A stretch of DNA of 63,180 bases, counting the filler, from Reticulomyxa filosa (Eukaryota > Protista > Foraminifera), in NCBI GenBank assembly GCA_000512085.1. It is 15 parts of 15 records of this genome, joined end to end, with 100 filler letters (N's around TTAATTAATTAA, not from the genome) between each part and the next. Parts side by side here need not be neighbours in the genome. Positions count along the whole stretch, not along the records: positions 1 to 10,664 come from ASPP01021233.1; positions 10,765 to 15,008 come from ASPP01009943.1; 13 more parts are not named here. One strand, 5' to 3'. Below, one piece after another: positions 1-11,586 of the stretch. Each line of letters opens with the position of its first letter. Positions within the stretch are counted from its first letter, which is position 1. Under the pieces are notes generated by a model. It did not search any database. It was not told where the DNA came from and saw nothing but the letters and a program-made list of their open reading frames with translations. A program made the translations under genes and the position numbers.

Positions 1-2179
1 TATCGTTTTAGGCGTTCAGTTTTCTTTGCAACCTACTGTAAAACCAGGGCACATACAAAGTTCAAGTAAGTGACAGCAATCACCAGCAACTATAAGGAAA
101 AAATTTATTTTCTTTTTAAAAATTTGTCAAAGGTTGTAGTCGTGGCAATTTGTACGTTTTCTTTCGTTTCTTGTCTTAGTGCCATGGACCATGTACGATA
201 AACTTGCTCTGGCTGAAGAGAGGATAGTTTTTGTGGTTAGGCGTATCATTTTTTTTAAGAGCATCAATCACAATCACTCTGCGCAAGTGAAAAATAAATA
301 AATAAAATAAAATCAATAATAAAAAAAAGATACACCAAAATAAATGTTATATAAGTTTATTTATTAAAAATAAATATTTTTTGAAAATTATTTCTTATAT
401 AAAATGTAATGTTTTTGTGTTTTTTTTCAAAAACTACAATAATGATTTTTAAAAAATTCGTCAATTAAAATTTAACTTCTTTGGAATTTTTTTTGAATTT
501 TAGATTTAAAATTTTATTTAATGTAAGTTTTTTTAATTTTTGTTTATAATTGAATTTTGTGGCATGGTTGACATGTTATAATTTTATGATTACATTGCGG
601 GCATGCACAACATTGTTTGAATCAAAACAAATATAAATAATGGTCTTGTTTTACCAAAATTTTATCTTTTAATTCTGACACTTTATTATAAATTTTAATT
701 TGACTATTTTCAATGTATTTATTCAATAGCTACAGCAAAAGTTAATTTTTAAGTTTGCTTTTCCGTTGTGACTTCTTTTTTGTTAAAAAAAGTAATGCCA
801 TTGTAGGAGAAGCTCATAATCCATAAAATCCAAAATTTGACATAATATACGAAACTAGCTTTATTTAAAGAATTGTGTTGTCTTTTGGAAAAGAGATTGC
901 ATAATTACCTCAAAAGACAAAAAAAAAATTAATTTTTTAAAATACAAACAAGCTTTTTGAATTCGATATGTCAAATTAACAAATTTATTTTTTTGATAAA
1001 AAGGCATTAGTACCTTTTGAAATATCAATTGAAAATATCTTTAAAAGAACACTAAATTAACGCGAAAACTAATTAAAAATTATTTCTTGTTCAAATCTTT
1101 TTCAGTATCTATTCAATCAAATGTTTTTTGTTAGACCAAATCCAAACTACACGAAGAATAACAATTAACAACTAGGTCATATAAGATTAGCTTTTTTTGA
1201 CATTAATTCACAAAATCCAGACCTTAAAGTCATCATAAAAGAAAGCAAGAAAAAAAAAAGACAAAACCTTTGCAACAGAACTGCGGCTACGCGATCAGAT
1301 AATTATCACAATTAAAAAAAGCAATTATTGCAGTGTCAATGTTAAAGACACTACATAAACATTATTACCTAAAAATAAAAAACAATCAAAGTGTAGCGCA
1401 ATGCCGTACTATTACAGGAGAAACTTCATATGAACGAGGGAACCCTTTTTTCATCAACAACATTCACTGTCTTTCTTCTTTCACTTTTCTGTTTTTTCTT
1501 ATTTCTTGTCAGTGAGTTGTTTACCTTGATTATTTAACTACTTTTGTTTGCCCTTTGAAAAAACCTTTCAGTAATTACTTTCTTATTACACTTGGTGCTA
1601 CCTCAATCTTCATACAAAAGTGAAACTACTTTTTTTTTAAGTGTCAATTTGTTGAGGTTTTGCAAAATCAAATTTGATAGTTTTTTTCACTGCAAGTTTT
1701 CACAAAATAAGACGATTCTTTATATTTTATTTTACCTTAGACTGTCAGAATTGATGAGCAAACATTTTATTGGCACTAACAATCGCATAAGCCAGTTTTT
1801 TTGGATATAAAATTTCATTTGTGATGATGACTGCAAAAGCAAAGTTCCGATTTGTTTTATGAGATTTAAATAAATGAGCAATCAAATGCATTTTCGTTTT
1901 TTTCTTGAAAAAATCAAAGTTCACAAAATGCCGAGATGTTAATTGACACATTCGTTTTTAATTTTTGTATATTTTTTTTTGACAAAAGAAAGGGATAAAG
2001 TAGAAAAACTACACAAGAACAAACAAGAATACACATAAAAAAAAAGGTATTGACACAATCATCAATCGCGCGCATACAGTGATGATCCCCAAAAAACTTC
2101 AACTTTAGGAATGACTTGATTTTCACAGTACAAATATTTGAATGTTGAGTAATGAGTAATGAACTGAGATAACTTGAAA

Positions 2180-3900
2180 GGGCAGTCTTACCCTTTAAAT
2201 ATGAAAGTTTTCTCACCTGTCAGATATGCACTATGTTGCACTGGCATGCTATTGTAACTATTATCTTCTCTTACGAAATTGCAATTGAGCGTTCTTGGAT
2301 AGTATAAATCTTATTAAAAACGTGCTAGGTTTTGCCGACGTTGTCGTTTGCAAAACATTTCAATGCGGTGCAGACACGATGCAAGTGTATGTTATAATAG
2401 AAAAAGAACAGATATTTACTTACTTCGACACACTTACAAAAAAAAAAAGATTGAAAAAAATTAACTTGTAGTTTTTGCTAGGCTTCGGTTCGACCAATGA
2501 AACCATGAATTTTAATTGGATTGGTATCAACACACAAATCTTTGGTTTGCGGGAATAGCGAGTTGGTCAAATATACAAATTTTCGAACTTTTCGATGCTG
2601 AAATTATTTTGACTGTCAAGTTGATTCTTGCAAACTTCTAAAATGTCACTTTCTTTCAAATGACGTAAAGACGATACTTGTTCAAACTTTTTCCGCATTT
2701 GTTCGAACAAGGTTTTGAAAGATGATGTTTTCACTCCATTGGCTTTGACCCACACTTTGGCGGATGAACACATCATCGATCACGAATCGCGCAAAGACTC
2801 GGGTTTTGGTTTGTGTCGACGATGCACGTTGCCAGACTTACTGAATCGAATTTCCAGCATTTTCTTGTGATTGTATGTGTGGATCAATTTCTACATATCG
2901 TCACAGTCGAATATATGTTTCAGACGGGCGATTTTGTCAATGTTGCCGGAGTTATTTTGAAATAAGGTCATCAACTCGTTGTTTTCGAGCGCCTTTTTCC
3001 ATTGGAACTGATTGGCCAAGCGTGTGAACAGTTTGTCTTAGTCTTCGGGCGTTAATAGCGGCAGTTGATACACTCGAGTAATGCCACTGATATTTTTGTC
3101 ATTGCATTTGTAAGAAGTAATGAGTGCTCTAATTTCATTTCTGGTCAGATCAAAGATAGCATTTAAGAAACTGTCAATTGCTTCTTTGGTTTTGTGCGAG
3201 TTTTTTCGAAGTTTTTTATTGACAAATTTTGCGATACTCATTGTAATTGCCTTCACCATTCGGATTATTCTCTTCTCAACCGCTATCATTGTTGTTATTG
3301 CAATTGTTATAATCGTTGACATTGCCTCATTATTCACATTGTTATTACCATTGTTGTGATGATAGAGCGAATACATGTGATCGTCTTCCCCTTCGACAGC
3401 CAACATTGAGTTTTGTATATCGTGCAAGCTGTACAATTTTGATCATTATCATTGTCGTAATGAATTGTAAAATTTTCCAAATTATCGAATACCAACAACA
3501 TTCGATCAAAGTCTTGGACTTTGCCAAAGAACTCAGCCTTGAAATATTGCGATATCTCTCACTCGACTTGAGCGTGTGCACATACATTGACTTGAGTGTT
3601 GCGTGCGTCTTCATCAGCTTTGCAACGTCTATATAAAATATTCCACCTTTGAACACTCATCGATAGCACATTTATCTCGTCATCATCACTACGACGGCAG
3701 ATTTTCCAATGCCTTCTCCTACGCTGTCCAACAGTGTTCAATTACACGCTCCATGTCCACATTTCGATTGATAAAGTGCGAGATTGGAGGCTGCAGACTA
3801 TTGTGATGAGAGGTGGACTGTCATCGACCAGTTGTCCCGATACCAGTTTATCGTGTCGAAACACTTTGACACGATGCAATACCCAACAATAATTATTGCC
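2180..3900 (-). pseudogene. Degenerate NB-ARC/STAND NTPase with C-terminal SH2 domain
   Basis: Minus-strand motifs in correct order across frameshifts and stops: HFINRNVDMERVI, Walker A GEGIGKSA (~3699-3719), FKGGIFYID, Walker B LLVFDNLE (~3475-3498), ALITS, VYQLPLLTPED*, then IHGFIGRTEA*QKL (~2470-2510) and PSTFLIRF (~2306-2329, SH2 betaB with Arg). Confidence 0.7.
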
Positions 3901-5342
3901 TTTGAAAATAGATCACAATTAAACGTCATTATTTAAAGTGTTAAAACTTAATAAATATTTATTTTTTATTTTACTGTTTATCTTGATATTGTGGTGATTT
4001 AGAATTTGCTTAATCATCTTTGGTGTTATTGCTCACTTGTTAATGAGCAAATAAATTTTTATATGAAACAAATAAACATACAAAAAAACTCAAAAAGAGA
4101 TAAAATTTACAATTAACTCAATTTGAAATGGATATGCATTATCAACTTATATATCATTATTAGTTGTGGTCTAATTTATCATGTGTATATCAATTGATAG
4201 ATTGAAGTCATCATATTCTTTTTCTATACAGTAATAATATCAAAAGCGTTTGCACATTATTTGTACGAATAATTTCTAGTTGCTTATAAAAATGACAGCT
4301 TTGAAGTGCGTAACTTGTAGCAATATCAAGTGCAAACTTAAAAAGTTATATGCCCTTAAAAAAAACGTTTAAATGTCTTTAATCAATCTCTTTGCTTAGC
4401 CCAAATCACATGGCTGTTTCCAGCCAGTCATATAATTTGTGTTCCTTTATTTTTAATATTATAAAAAACAATATTTATTATCAAATCCTGTCTCAAGTAT
4501 AAATGTTTATAAAATTATATAAAAATAAATAAATACATATATTTATATGTATTTATTTGTTTATTTAAAAAAAACAAATGCATTTGCCAAAAGTAAGCAC
4601 TTATCGGCTAGCAACTCATTTAGGTATTACATTTTACGATTTTTGTGCTGTTACTTTATAATTTATTGTATGTGTACGTATCACGAAAGCATGTGACGAA
4701 ATAATCAATGAACTATTTGTTGCTCGTGTCAATGTTCATGATCGTTCAGCTACAGTTGTTATTGTATGCTGTGGTTGGCGTTTTCAACCGCCATGATTGG
4801 TGTCTTTGTCGCTGGCCAAGTTTATAACAAATGGCCCAAAATGTGGCTTCATTGCATTCCGGATGACTTTGAAATCCGTCATTCCTTCGTGGATGAACTG
4901 TTTTGAAAATTCCACGGCCGTTCAATTTTTACATAGAAATTTAGTATTGATACACCCCTTTTTTAAAAAAACAGAAATATCTTCAATTTTTTTCAGTTCA
5001 ACAAATTTCATCATTTTCTAATCCTGAAATCACAAAAAGCGGTTAAATAAGCTCCAACTCCAGATTTGTTGCTGGTAACGTTAAGATAGCAAACAACAGC
5101 AATGAAAAACTATAGTTGTTTAAGAGGACCAAATCCCAAAGACTGAGCTTGATTTTTCCCATAAATCCAAGAAAACAAATACAATGGAAAAAAATAGTCC
5201 AGAAATGCCCGTAAAAAAAGAAAAAAATACTTTAAAGGATTGCGAAAAGAACCCACAAAAAATCAAAGTAACAGCAGACAGGAAAGAAAGATTCCAATAT
5301 CGAAAAACAAATAAACGCAAATCAATTATTTAAAAAAATTAT

Positions 5343-7035
5343 TTATTCGTTCTCGATAAATCCACGTTCTTTCATCCATTCAGTTGTGCTAATTTTCCAT
5401 GTTCCACCGTTTTCAACAGGTGTTTTTTCCTTGATGCCATGTTTTTCAAAGTATTCATCAGTACTACCCAAAATTTTGATTTTTTCCATAGCATGCGGTA
5501 CGATAATCTACAACAACAACAACAATTGAAAAAATTCAAAATTGCTGGAAATTTTTTTGAGGTTTAACTTTGGCTGCAATTTGTCGCAACATGTAAACAA
5601 AAGTGGGGGTATTGACACAATAGATATCAATCAATTGAAATGGGAATGCTATCAATGCTGATTTGCACGCTTGTATAACATTCCAAGCCAACATGTTAAT
5701 ACTATAATGAGACAAGTCCGCATCTATTTTTTCCGACAGTCATACAATTGCCAAGCAACTTCCATCCCCAAATCCAAATTAGGCAGAGTCAACAAAAAAA
5801 AAAAAAAAAAAAGTAAAATAGACAAAAGACCAAACAAGACTTAACAAACACAAATGCCTTTCCGAAGCGCATCAAAATCAAAGGAATTCTGACGAACATT
5901 CCAGAGCAAACTTGTGATAAACAAGATGGTGGCTTTAGCAGTAATTTCAGGACCAAAAGAGTCATCGTAATGTTTGGTATTGATGATAAAAACAGGTCTA
6001 CTCTCTTTGTCGTAAGCGACATTAAACAATCCAGTATCGAAAAACTCTCGAACTCGACGGAAGTTTACATCTTTCAAGGGACTGTCATCTCGGTAAGAAA
6101 TCCAGCGTTTCCAGCACCCTTTCGCATCCGGATTATTCTTGCTATAGCTACTGTAACAAGACAATATCATATCTCCCAAACACAATTCATCTTTCATTTT
6201 GTTACTCAAAGTATCGCGGCCAATCCATTCGTGCAATTCCTCCAGTTCCTTTCTTTCATGCGTCGTCAACGACAATGAGTCAAAATAACGTATAACTACT
6301 GCATTTTTGTTACCTGTCGTCCCCACGGCAGAATTCGTGCTATTGCCTTTGTTCTTGTTATCTTCGTTGTTTTCTTCTTCGATCATTGTCAACTTTGTTG
6401 AGTCTATTGTTTTTTTTTTTTTTTTTGATTGGCTTGTTTATGTAGAAAGTCGGTGTGTAGTGTTTTTTTTTTTTTTTTTACACGCCCTTTTTTTTTTGCT
6501 GTACGTACAAAAAAAAAATCATAAGTTCTGTGGGAAAAAGGGGGAGGAAAAATAAAACGAACAAACCTTTTTGACTTTGTCGAGGGGACACTTTGGTGCT
6601 ATTCTCCGTTTGTAATGTATCAGTGAAGGACAGAGCAATGGGTGCAGAATGTGGAGCTACATCGTTGTGCCCTAAATTCTTGGAAATAGAGACATAATGG
6701 TGTTGGATTGGGTTAAATGTACTATGCATGGATTGCTTGAATTCTTTGACCTTTTCGTCCGTTACTTCGCTACTAGTTTCATCGGTCAGTTTGTTAAGCA
6801 AAGGAGTTGACAAGGAGTACACGTGATTTCCGTGGGCGTGCAGCATTGGATACGGATGTTCACTCGTTGTGGCTGTGGTGGAGTGGTGTGGCAGTATTCC
6901 ATCCAACAGATTGGTACTTGTTTCTTCCATTCTTTCTTTGCTGTCCTCTGCTGGTTTGCTATTGCTGTCCCCGGCTGACGTAGTGTCTTTGTCCTGGTTG
7001 TCATATCCCAAATAACTCCATGCTCTTGAAAACAT
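5343..7035 (-). CDS. Sec14/CRAL-TRIO lipid-binding protein, 4 exons, low-complexity N-terminus
   Basis: ORFs 6478-7035 and 5841-6392 join in frame through a GT-AG intron at 6404-6566. Two more introns give ...YDKESRPVFII...GICVYADLSHYS...FPFQLIDIYCVNTP...MEKIKILG...TPVENGG...ENE* (TAA at 5343-5345), all CRAL-TRIO motifs. Confidence 0.85.
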
Positions 7036-7528
7036 TTTTAATTTCTTTACGAATATTATTTCACTTATTCACAAACTTTAAACAAAAAAATGCTTGTTTA
7101 CTTTGCTTTTTCGAAGGGAAAACAAAAGCTTTTTTTCTTCCAAGCAGCTACTTTTTCTTCAAATTTTCGTTCAATTCTAAGCAGTTCTAGAATTTTATTG
7201 CAGTTTTTTGGAATAATTCAACATTGCCGGAAATTTACAAAAATTTTTTCAGATTTCTCTTGATTCAGTCAGTTTTTTGAAATTGTTTTCCATTCACCGC
7301 CCTATGACAAAAGGATACAGGGTGATATATTTTTAATTTGAAAGTTCCCGAGACTTGTCATTGCCCAATTTTTATCCACCAAAAAATTTATCCGTTTGTG
7401 AATTTCATTTTATATGATGATTTTTAAAATAAAATAAATAATATTTAATAACGCTGTTGTGTTTCTCTTTTTAAAACTGCCTCTTTTCTGCCCCAGAAAA
7501 CGAAGAAAAACAGCAAACCAAAAAAAAA

Positions 7529-7936
7529 ATGGCGCGCGCCAAACAAATAGCACGTAAATTAGTGAATGCAAAGGCGGCAAGAAAACAGCTCGCAACAAAA
7601 GCCGCAAGAAAGGCAGCTCCAGTCGTTGGTGGACTAAAAAAACCACGCAGGTTTAGACAGGGAACAACCGCGATTCGAGAAATAATAAGATATCAAAAAT
7701 CGGCAGACTTACTAATACCGAAAATGACATTCCGGCGAATAGTGCGAGAAATCGCTCAAGAATTCGCTGCGGGAATAAGATTTCAGTTAAGCGCGGTGGA
7801 GGCATTACAAGTGGCAACTGAAGCCTATCTTGTTTCATTTTTTGAAGATACTGTTATAACTGCTATTCATGCAAGACGTGTCACAATCACTGCCAAAGAT
7901 ATGGCCTTGGCACGTCGATTGCGTGGTGACCGATAA
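7529..7936 (+). CDS. H3: Divergent histone H3 variant (intronless)
   Basis: 135 aa, aligns without gaps to H3: [61 protein letters not shown]. Confidence 0.97.
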   Translation: MARAKQIARKLVNAKAARKQLATKAARKAAPVVGGLKKPRRFRQGTTAIREIIRYQKSADLLIPKMTFRRIVREIAQEFAAGIRFQLSAVEALQVATEAYLVSFFEDTVITAIHARRVTITAKDMALARRLRGDR

Positions 7937-8406
7937 GAAATTAACTAATAAGGGTTGTTGTAAACAATATTCTTTTGGAGCATATTTTTATTTTTGAAAG
8001 GTCATTTTTCTCATTGTATATTGCTGCATTGTTATTTTTTATCTTGTTGTGGAATGATGAGATCTTAGACTCTCAGCATTTTTTTTTTTTTTAGTTATTG
8101 CTTTGATAAATGATTATGCTTTGTTGTAAATTGTGGGGAACTTAAATAAAGTTTGTAAACAAGATGCAAGAACAAGAACAGCAAATTGGTGTGTAGAGTG
8201 GCCTCAAAAAGTAAATTGTTTGTGCTTCTTGCTTTGAAGTTTTAGTTGAAGATTATAAGACTTGTTTGCAAGGAACAACACTACTTTTTTTTGAAAACCA
8301 AGCTAGTTGTAAACACTCATTTTCAAACATAGATTTTTCTGACCCAGAGATAGAAAGCTCTGCGTCATCGAAATCATTGGCAATCAAAATAACAACTGAA
8401 GATGGA

Positions 8407-9429
8407 ATGGCAATCGATATTGTTAACTACAAACCCTCCGAAGAATCAAAGCGATTTGAAAGAATGCGTCGCTTTAATAAAAAAAAACCAGCAAAAAAAT
8501 CAAAATATTATCGGACAGAGCAGATAAAATTTCGTCCAAAACAGGGCACCCTCAATCACACTTTTTCAGTTGACGAGGACAAATCCAAAACCTCTAGTAG
8601 TGCTCCCACAAAAAAGTTCTTACGTGCGTTATCTTTAGGAAATTTGACTTTCAAAAGGTTTTCCTCAACCAAATTTATGATGCACAAAGATAAGAAAAAA
8701 AATAATGCTGATGCCTTTTCCAAAAAATGTGAAAAAGACCAGTTAAAAAAGTACGAAATAGAGAGCAACTCTTGCGTTGACAATGGCACTAACGTTTTTA
8801 CGAAGAATTTGCCTCAACCAATTCCAACAAACCAAGCAAAACAAATTCCAGAAAGTTCAACAACTAACACGATAAACGATAATTCAAGTACGTTCGAAAA
8901 AAAAAAATTGAACCTGGTGAAAACTCCTTGTCCTAGTTTAACTCGCTCGCTAAACAGTAAAGAAACACTACAACGACAGGCCACGTGGCCAATGACATCA
9001 TATCTTACGAAAGACAGCCCAAAACAGTGTTTGTGGCCAATTAAAAAAGAAGAATCAATTCAAACCCAATACCAATTTGGCGATTGTACTCCACATAATA
9101 CAAATTACCCAGACAGGAGTAAAAATTATTTGGCAATGGGACCCCAAAATCAATATAAAGTTTCAGAAAAGTTTCAACAGCTCCAATTTGATTCAAAATA
9201 TATTGAAGCAAATAAAGAACAGGACACAAACAATGACCCTTTGTCAAAATGGAATAATTTGTTTGTCCAATGTAACTTTAATTCACCAGATGCTAATATT
9301 GAATCGATAATTAATCAATTCGATAATTTAGAAGAAAAATTCGGTTACCTCGTGAATTCAGAAGATTTACGATTCTCAAATGAGATGGACAAACCATCTA
9401 AAGGTTGCACAGTGTGCATTATTTTGTGA
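8407..9429 (+). CDS. Hypothetical Lys/Ser/Asn-rich protein with C-terminal CaaX (CIIL)
   Basis: Open frame of more than 1 kb in AT-rich DNA. First ATG at 8407; ends KGCTVCIIL*. True start uncertain. Confidence 0.65.
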   Translation: MAIDIVNYKPSEESKRFERMRRFNKKKPAKKSKYYRTEQIKFRPKQGTLNHTFSVDEDKSKTSSSAPTKKFLRALSLGNLTFKRFSSTKFMMHKDKKKNNADAFSKKCEKDQLKKYEIESNSCVDNGTNVFTKNLPQPIPTNQAKQIPESSTTNTINDNSSTFEKKKLNLVKTPCPSLTRSLNSKETLQRQATWPMTSYLTKDSPKQCLWPIKKEESIQTQYQFGDCTPHNTNYPDRSKNYLAMGPQNQYKVSEKFQQLQFDSKYIEANKEQDTNNDPLSKWNNLFVQCNFNSPDANIESIINQFDNLEEKFGYLVNSEDLRFSNEMDKPSKGCTVCIIL

Positions 9430-10090
9430 AAATTCAAAATTTCTTTTAGCAAACTTACAAATTTGTAACAATTTCTATAAGTAGAACACAATTTTTAGGC
9501 TTTTCCTCCTTGAGAATTTTATTCAGTAAGTATTCGGTTACTTTACGCCCACCTATTCATTAAAAAACAGCTTTTTAAATGATAGCAAAAAAAACAAGAT
9601 ACACTAAGCGAACATAACAAGAATCAGACATAAAATTTCTTCAAGGAAGTTCAGTCTCCAACCTTCTTTTTTTTTATCGTCATAAACTGAAACATAATTT
9701 CAAACATTGCTCAACTTTTTCCTTGTCTTTTTAACTGTTTCAAATTGTCGAAATTGCGAGCGGAAAAAAAAATCAGATCAAAGTTTAGGAAAGTATCTTT
9801 CGCTTTTGATTTTGTTCATTAGCAAAATACTTTTTTAAAGATTAAAAATAAAATAAACTTAAACAAACTTAAAAGTTTTTCAAGCGGTCCCTTTCACAGA
9901 ACCGCCGCTTTTTAGAAAATTTTTTTGAACTTTGTTTGCGGAAATTTTCCAAATCTTTACAGCAGCTAGAAAAAGTAGTGCAAGAAAAACCAAATTGAGT
10001 ATAGCTATGCAGAAAATTTTGATTTTTACGAGAAGTACATATATCACTCTAGAAATAATATCAGAAGTGAAGGAAAAACTCAAAAAAACT

Positions 10091-10617
10091 CTAATATGAT
10101 CTTCCAAATAAAATCCAACACTTGGCCAGCTCACCGCTGATGACACATTTAGTTCCTTCCGGCAGTTCGGGTTGCTCTAATGGAATACATAAAGCCTTGG
10201 CTTTGCCTACCTGACCAGCACCGGTTTTGTCTGGTATAGAGGCAAAATGAATACCGGACAGTTCAGCAATTTTCTTTTCCCATTCAATTGTATTGCAGTG
10301 AGGAGCCAACACAAGCTTTCCATCACTTAAAGCAGCCAAAAAATCGTCCCATTTTGTGACTTTGACGGTGTTATCGTCCAACGCCTTCTTGGCTTTGGCA
10401 TACAAGTTATGGTGAATATCCTCTAACAGCCGTTGCACCTCTTCTTCAAGAGATTTCCATGAAAGCTCTGCCTTGACAAGTCTGCCCTTTTCATCACGCA
10501 TGTCACGTCTGGCAGCTACGATTTTTTCCTTGGCAATATCATTGGGGCCTAATTCCAGACGAACCGGCACACCTTTCAACTCCCACTCATTGAATTTGAA
10601 TCCCGGATTTTTAGTTC
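10091..10617 (-). CDS. proS: Prolyl-tRNA synthetase (eukaryote/archaeal type), last exon; 5' part lost at contig end
   Basis: PGFKFNEWELKGVPVRLELGPND (anticodon-binding domain), KALCIPLEQ, CVISG..AKCWILFGRSY*. Confidence 0.95.
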
Positions 10618-10664
10618 TATTCATCAAAGTGCCACAATCTTGACAATTTAAATAATTTATTATT

Positions 10665-10764
10665 NNNNNNNNNNNNNNNNNNNNNNNNNNNNNNNNNNNN
10701 NNNNNNNNTTAATTAATTAANNNNNNNNNNNNNNNNNNNNNNNNNNNNNNNNNNNNNNNNNNNN
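10665..10764. other. Artificial contig-joining spacer
   Basis: 44 N + TTAATTAATTAA (stops in all six frames) + 44 N; identical at all 14 junctions. Confidence 0.99.
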
Positions 10765-10828
10765 TGCAAGACTTAGTAACTCATTTTTTTTTAGAGAACC
10801 CCCCCCCCCCTTCCCCCTTCTTTTCACC

Positions 10829-11192
10829 TGTTGGGAAATGTGGAGGACATGGCGAATCTACCGTCAAGTGTGAAGATACAGGTGCTCGTCCTGTCAACGG
10901 TGGTGTCTGTATACATACATGCATACATATATTTATGTATATGTGTGGATAATTTGTTCTTTTATTAAATGTACAAACTGTTATCCAATTGCCAATCAAG
11001 CAAATACACAGCCACACACAAAAAACATAAAAACTATTCCACCTTCTGCGCTGGGGATTTCTTATTCGCCCCCAGCCATTTTTTTTTGTTCGAACTTGTG
11101 TGCGCCTGCTTTGGCACAAGAGTATTATTTTTATTTGAATTCCCTGCTTTCGGAGGTGGAGGTAATTTGATCGCAGGAACACTTGATATCAT
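10829..11192 (-). CDS. 5' exons of a hypothetical Pro/Lys-rich protein, truncated by contig end
   Basis: MISSVPAIKLPPPPKAG...SPAQK|GT...AG|TPPLTGRAPV...FPT|GT; splice phases are compatible. Confidence 0.45.
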
Positions 11193-11586
11193 TTTGATTT
11201 CAATTATCAAAAGGATATTTGTGTAAGACTTTTTTTCGTAAAAAGAAAATTAGGCCTCGTTTTTGTCTTTTTTTTTTAAAGACCTTTTTGCTCTCACTGA
11301 AATGCCCACAGAACAGAAGACCACTCTTATCAAAGTAAAATTTAGGTTTGAAATTGTTCAAATCTTTAATGTTCCAATCATGTTTTTGAGAAGAAACTCT
11401 GCTCTTTGTCATCTTTTACAATATTGATTTGTGCGAAATTAAATTTCTTGTTATTACATCAATCCTCTAGGCTGGCTATGTTCAAATAGCAATTATAAGT
11501 TGTTCAAGCCTCAATATTTTACAAACTGTCATTTTCAAGTATCTAAACTCACGAACTAATTTATCAGAGTCAAAAATCAAAATACT

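Noticed and set aside
1-249. Possible minus-strand gene start MIRLTTKTILSSARASL (transit-peptide-like)
   Set aside because: Both plausible splice phases reach a stop within about 25 codons; no recognisable motif.
7337-7369. CHR (TTTGAA), E2F-like (TTCCCG) and CCAAT motifs upstream of the H3 variant
   Set aside because: Short motifs expected by chance in AT-rich DNA; no TSS or conservation data.
7529-7936. Centromeric H3 (CenH3)
   Set aside because: The tail aligns with canonical H3 without gaps, loop 1 is not extended, and F84/T107 are retained.
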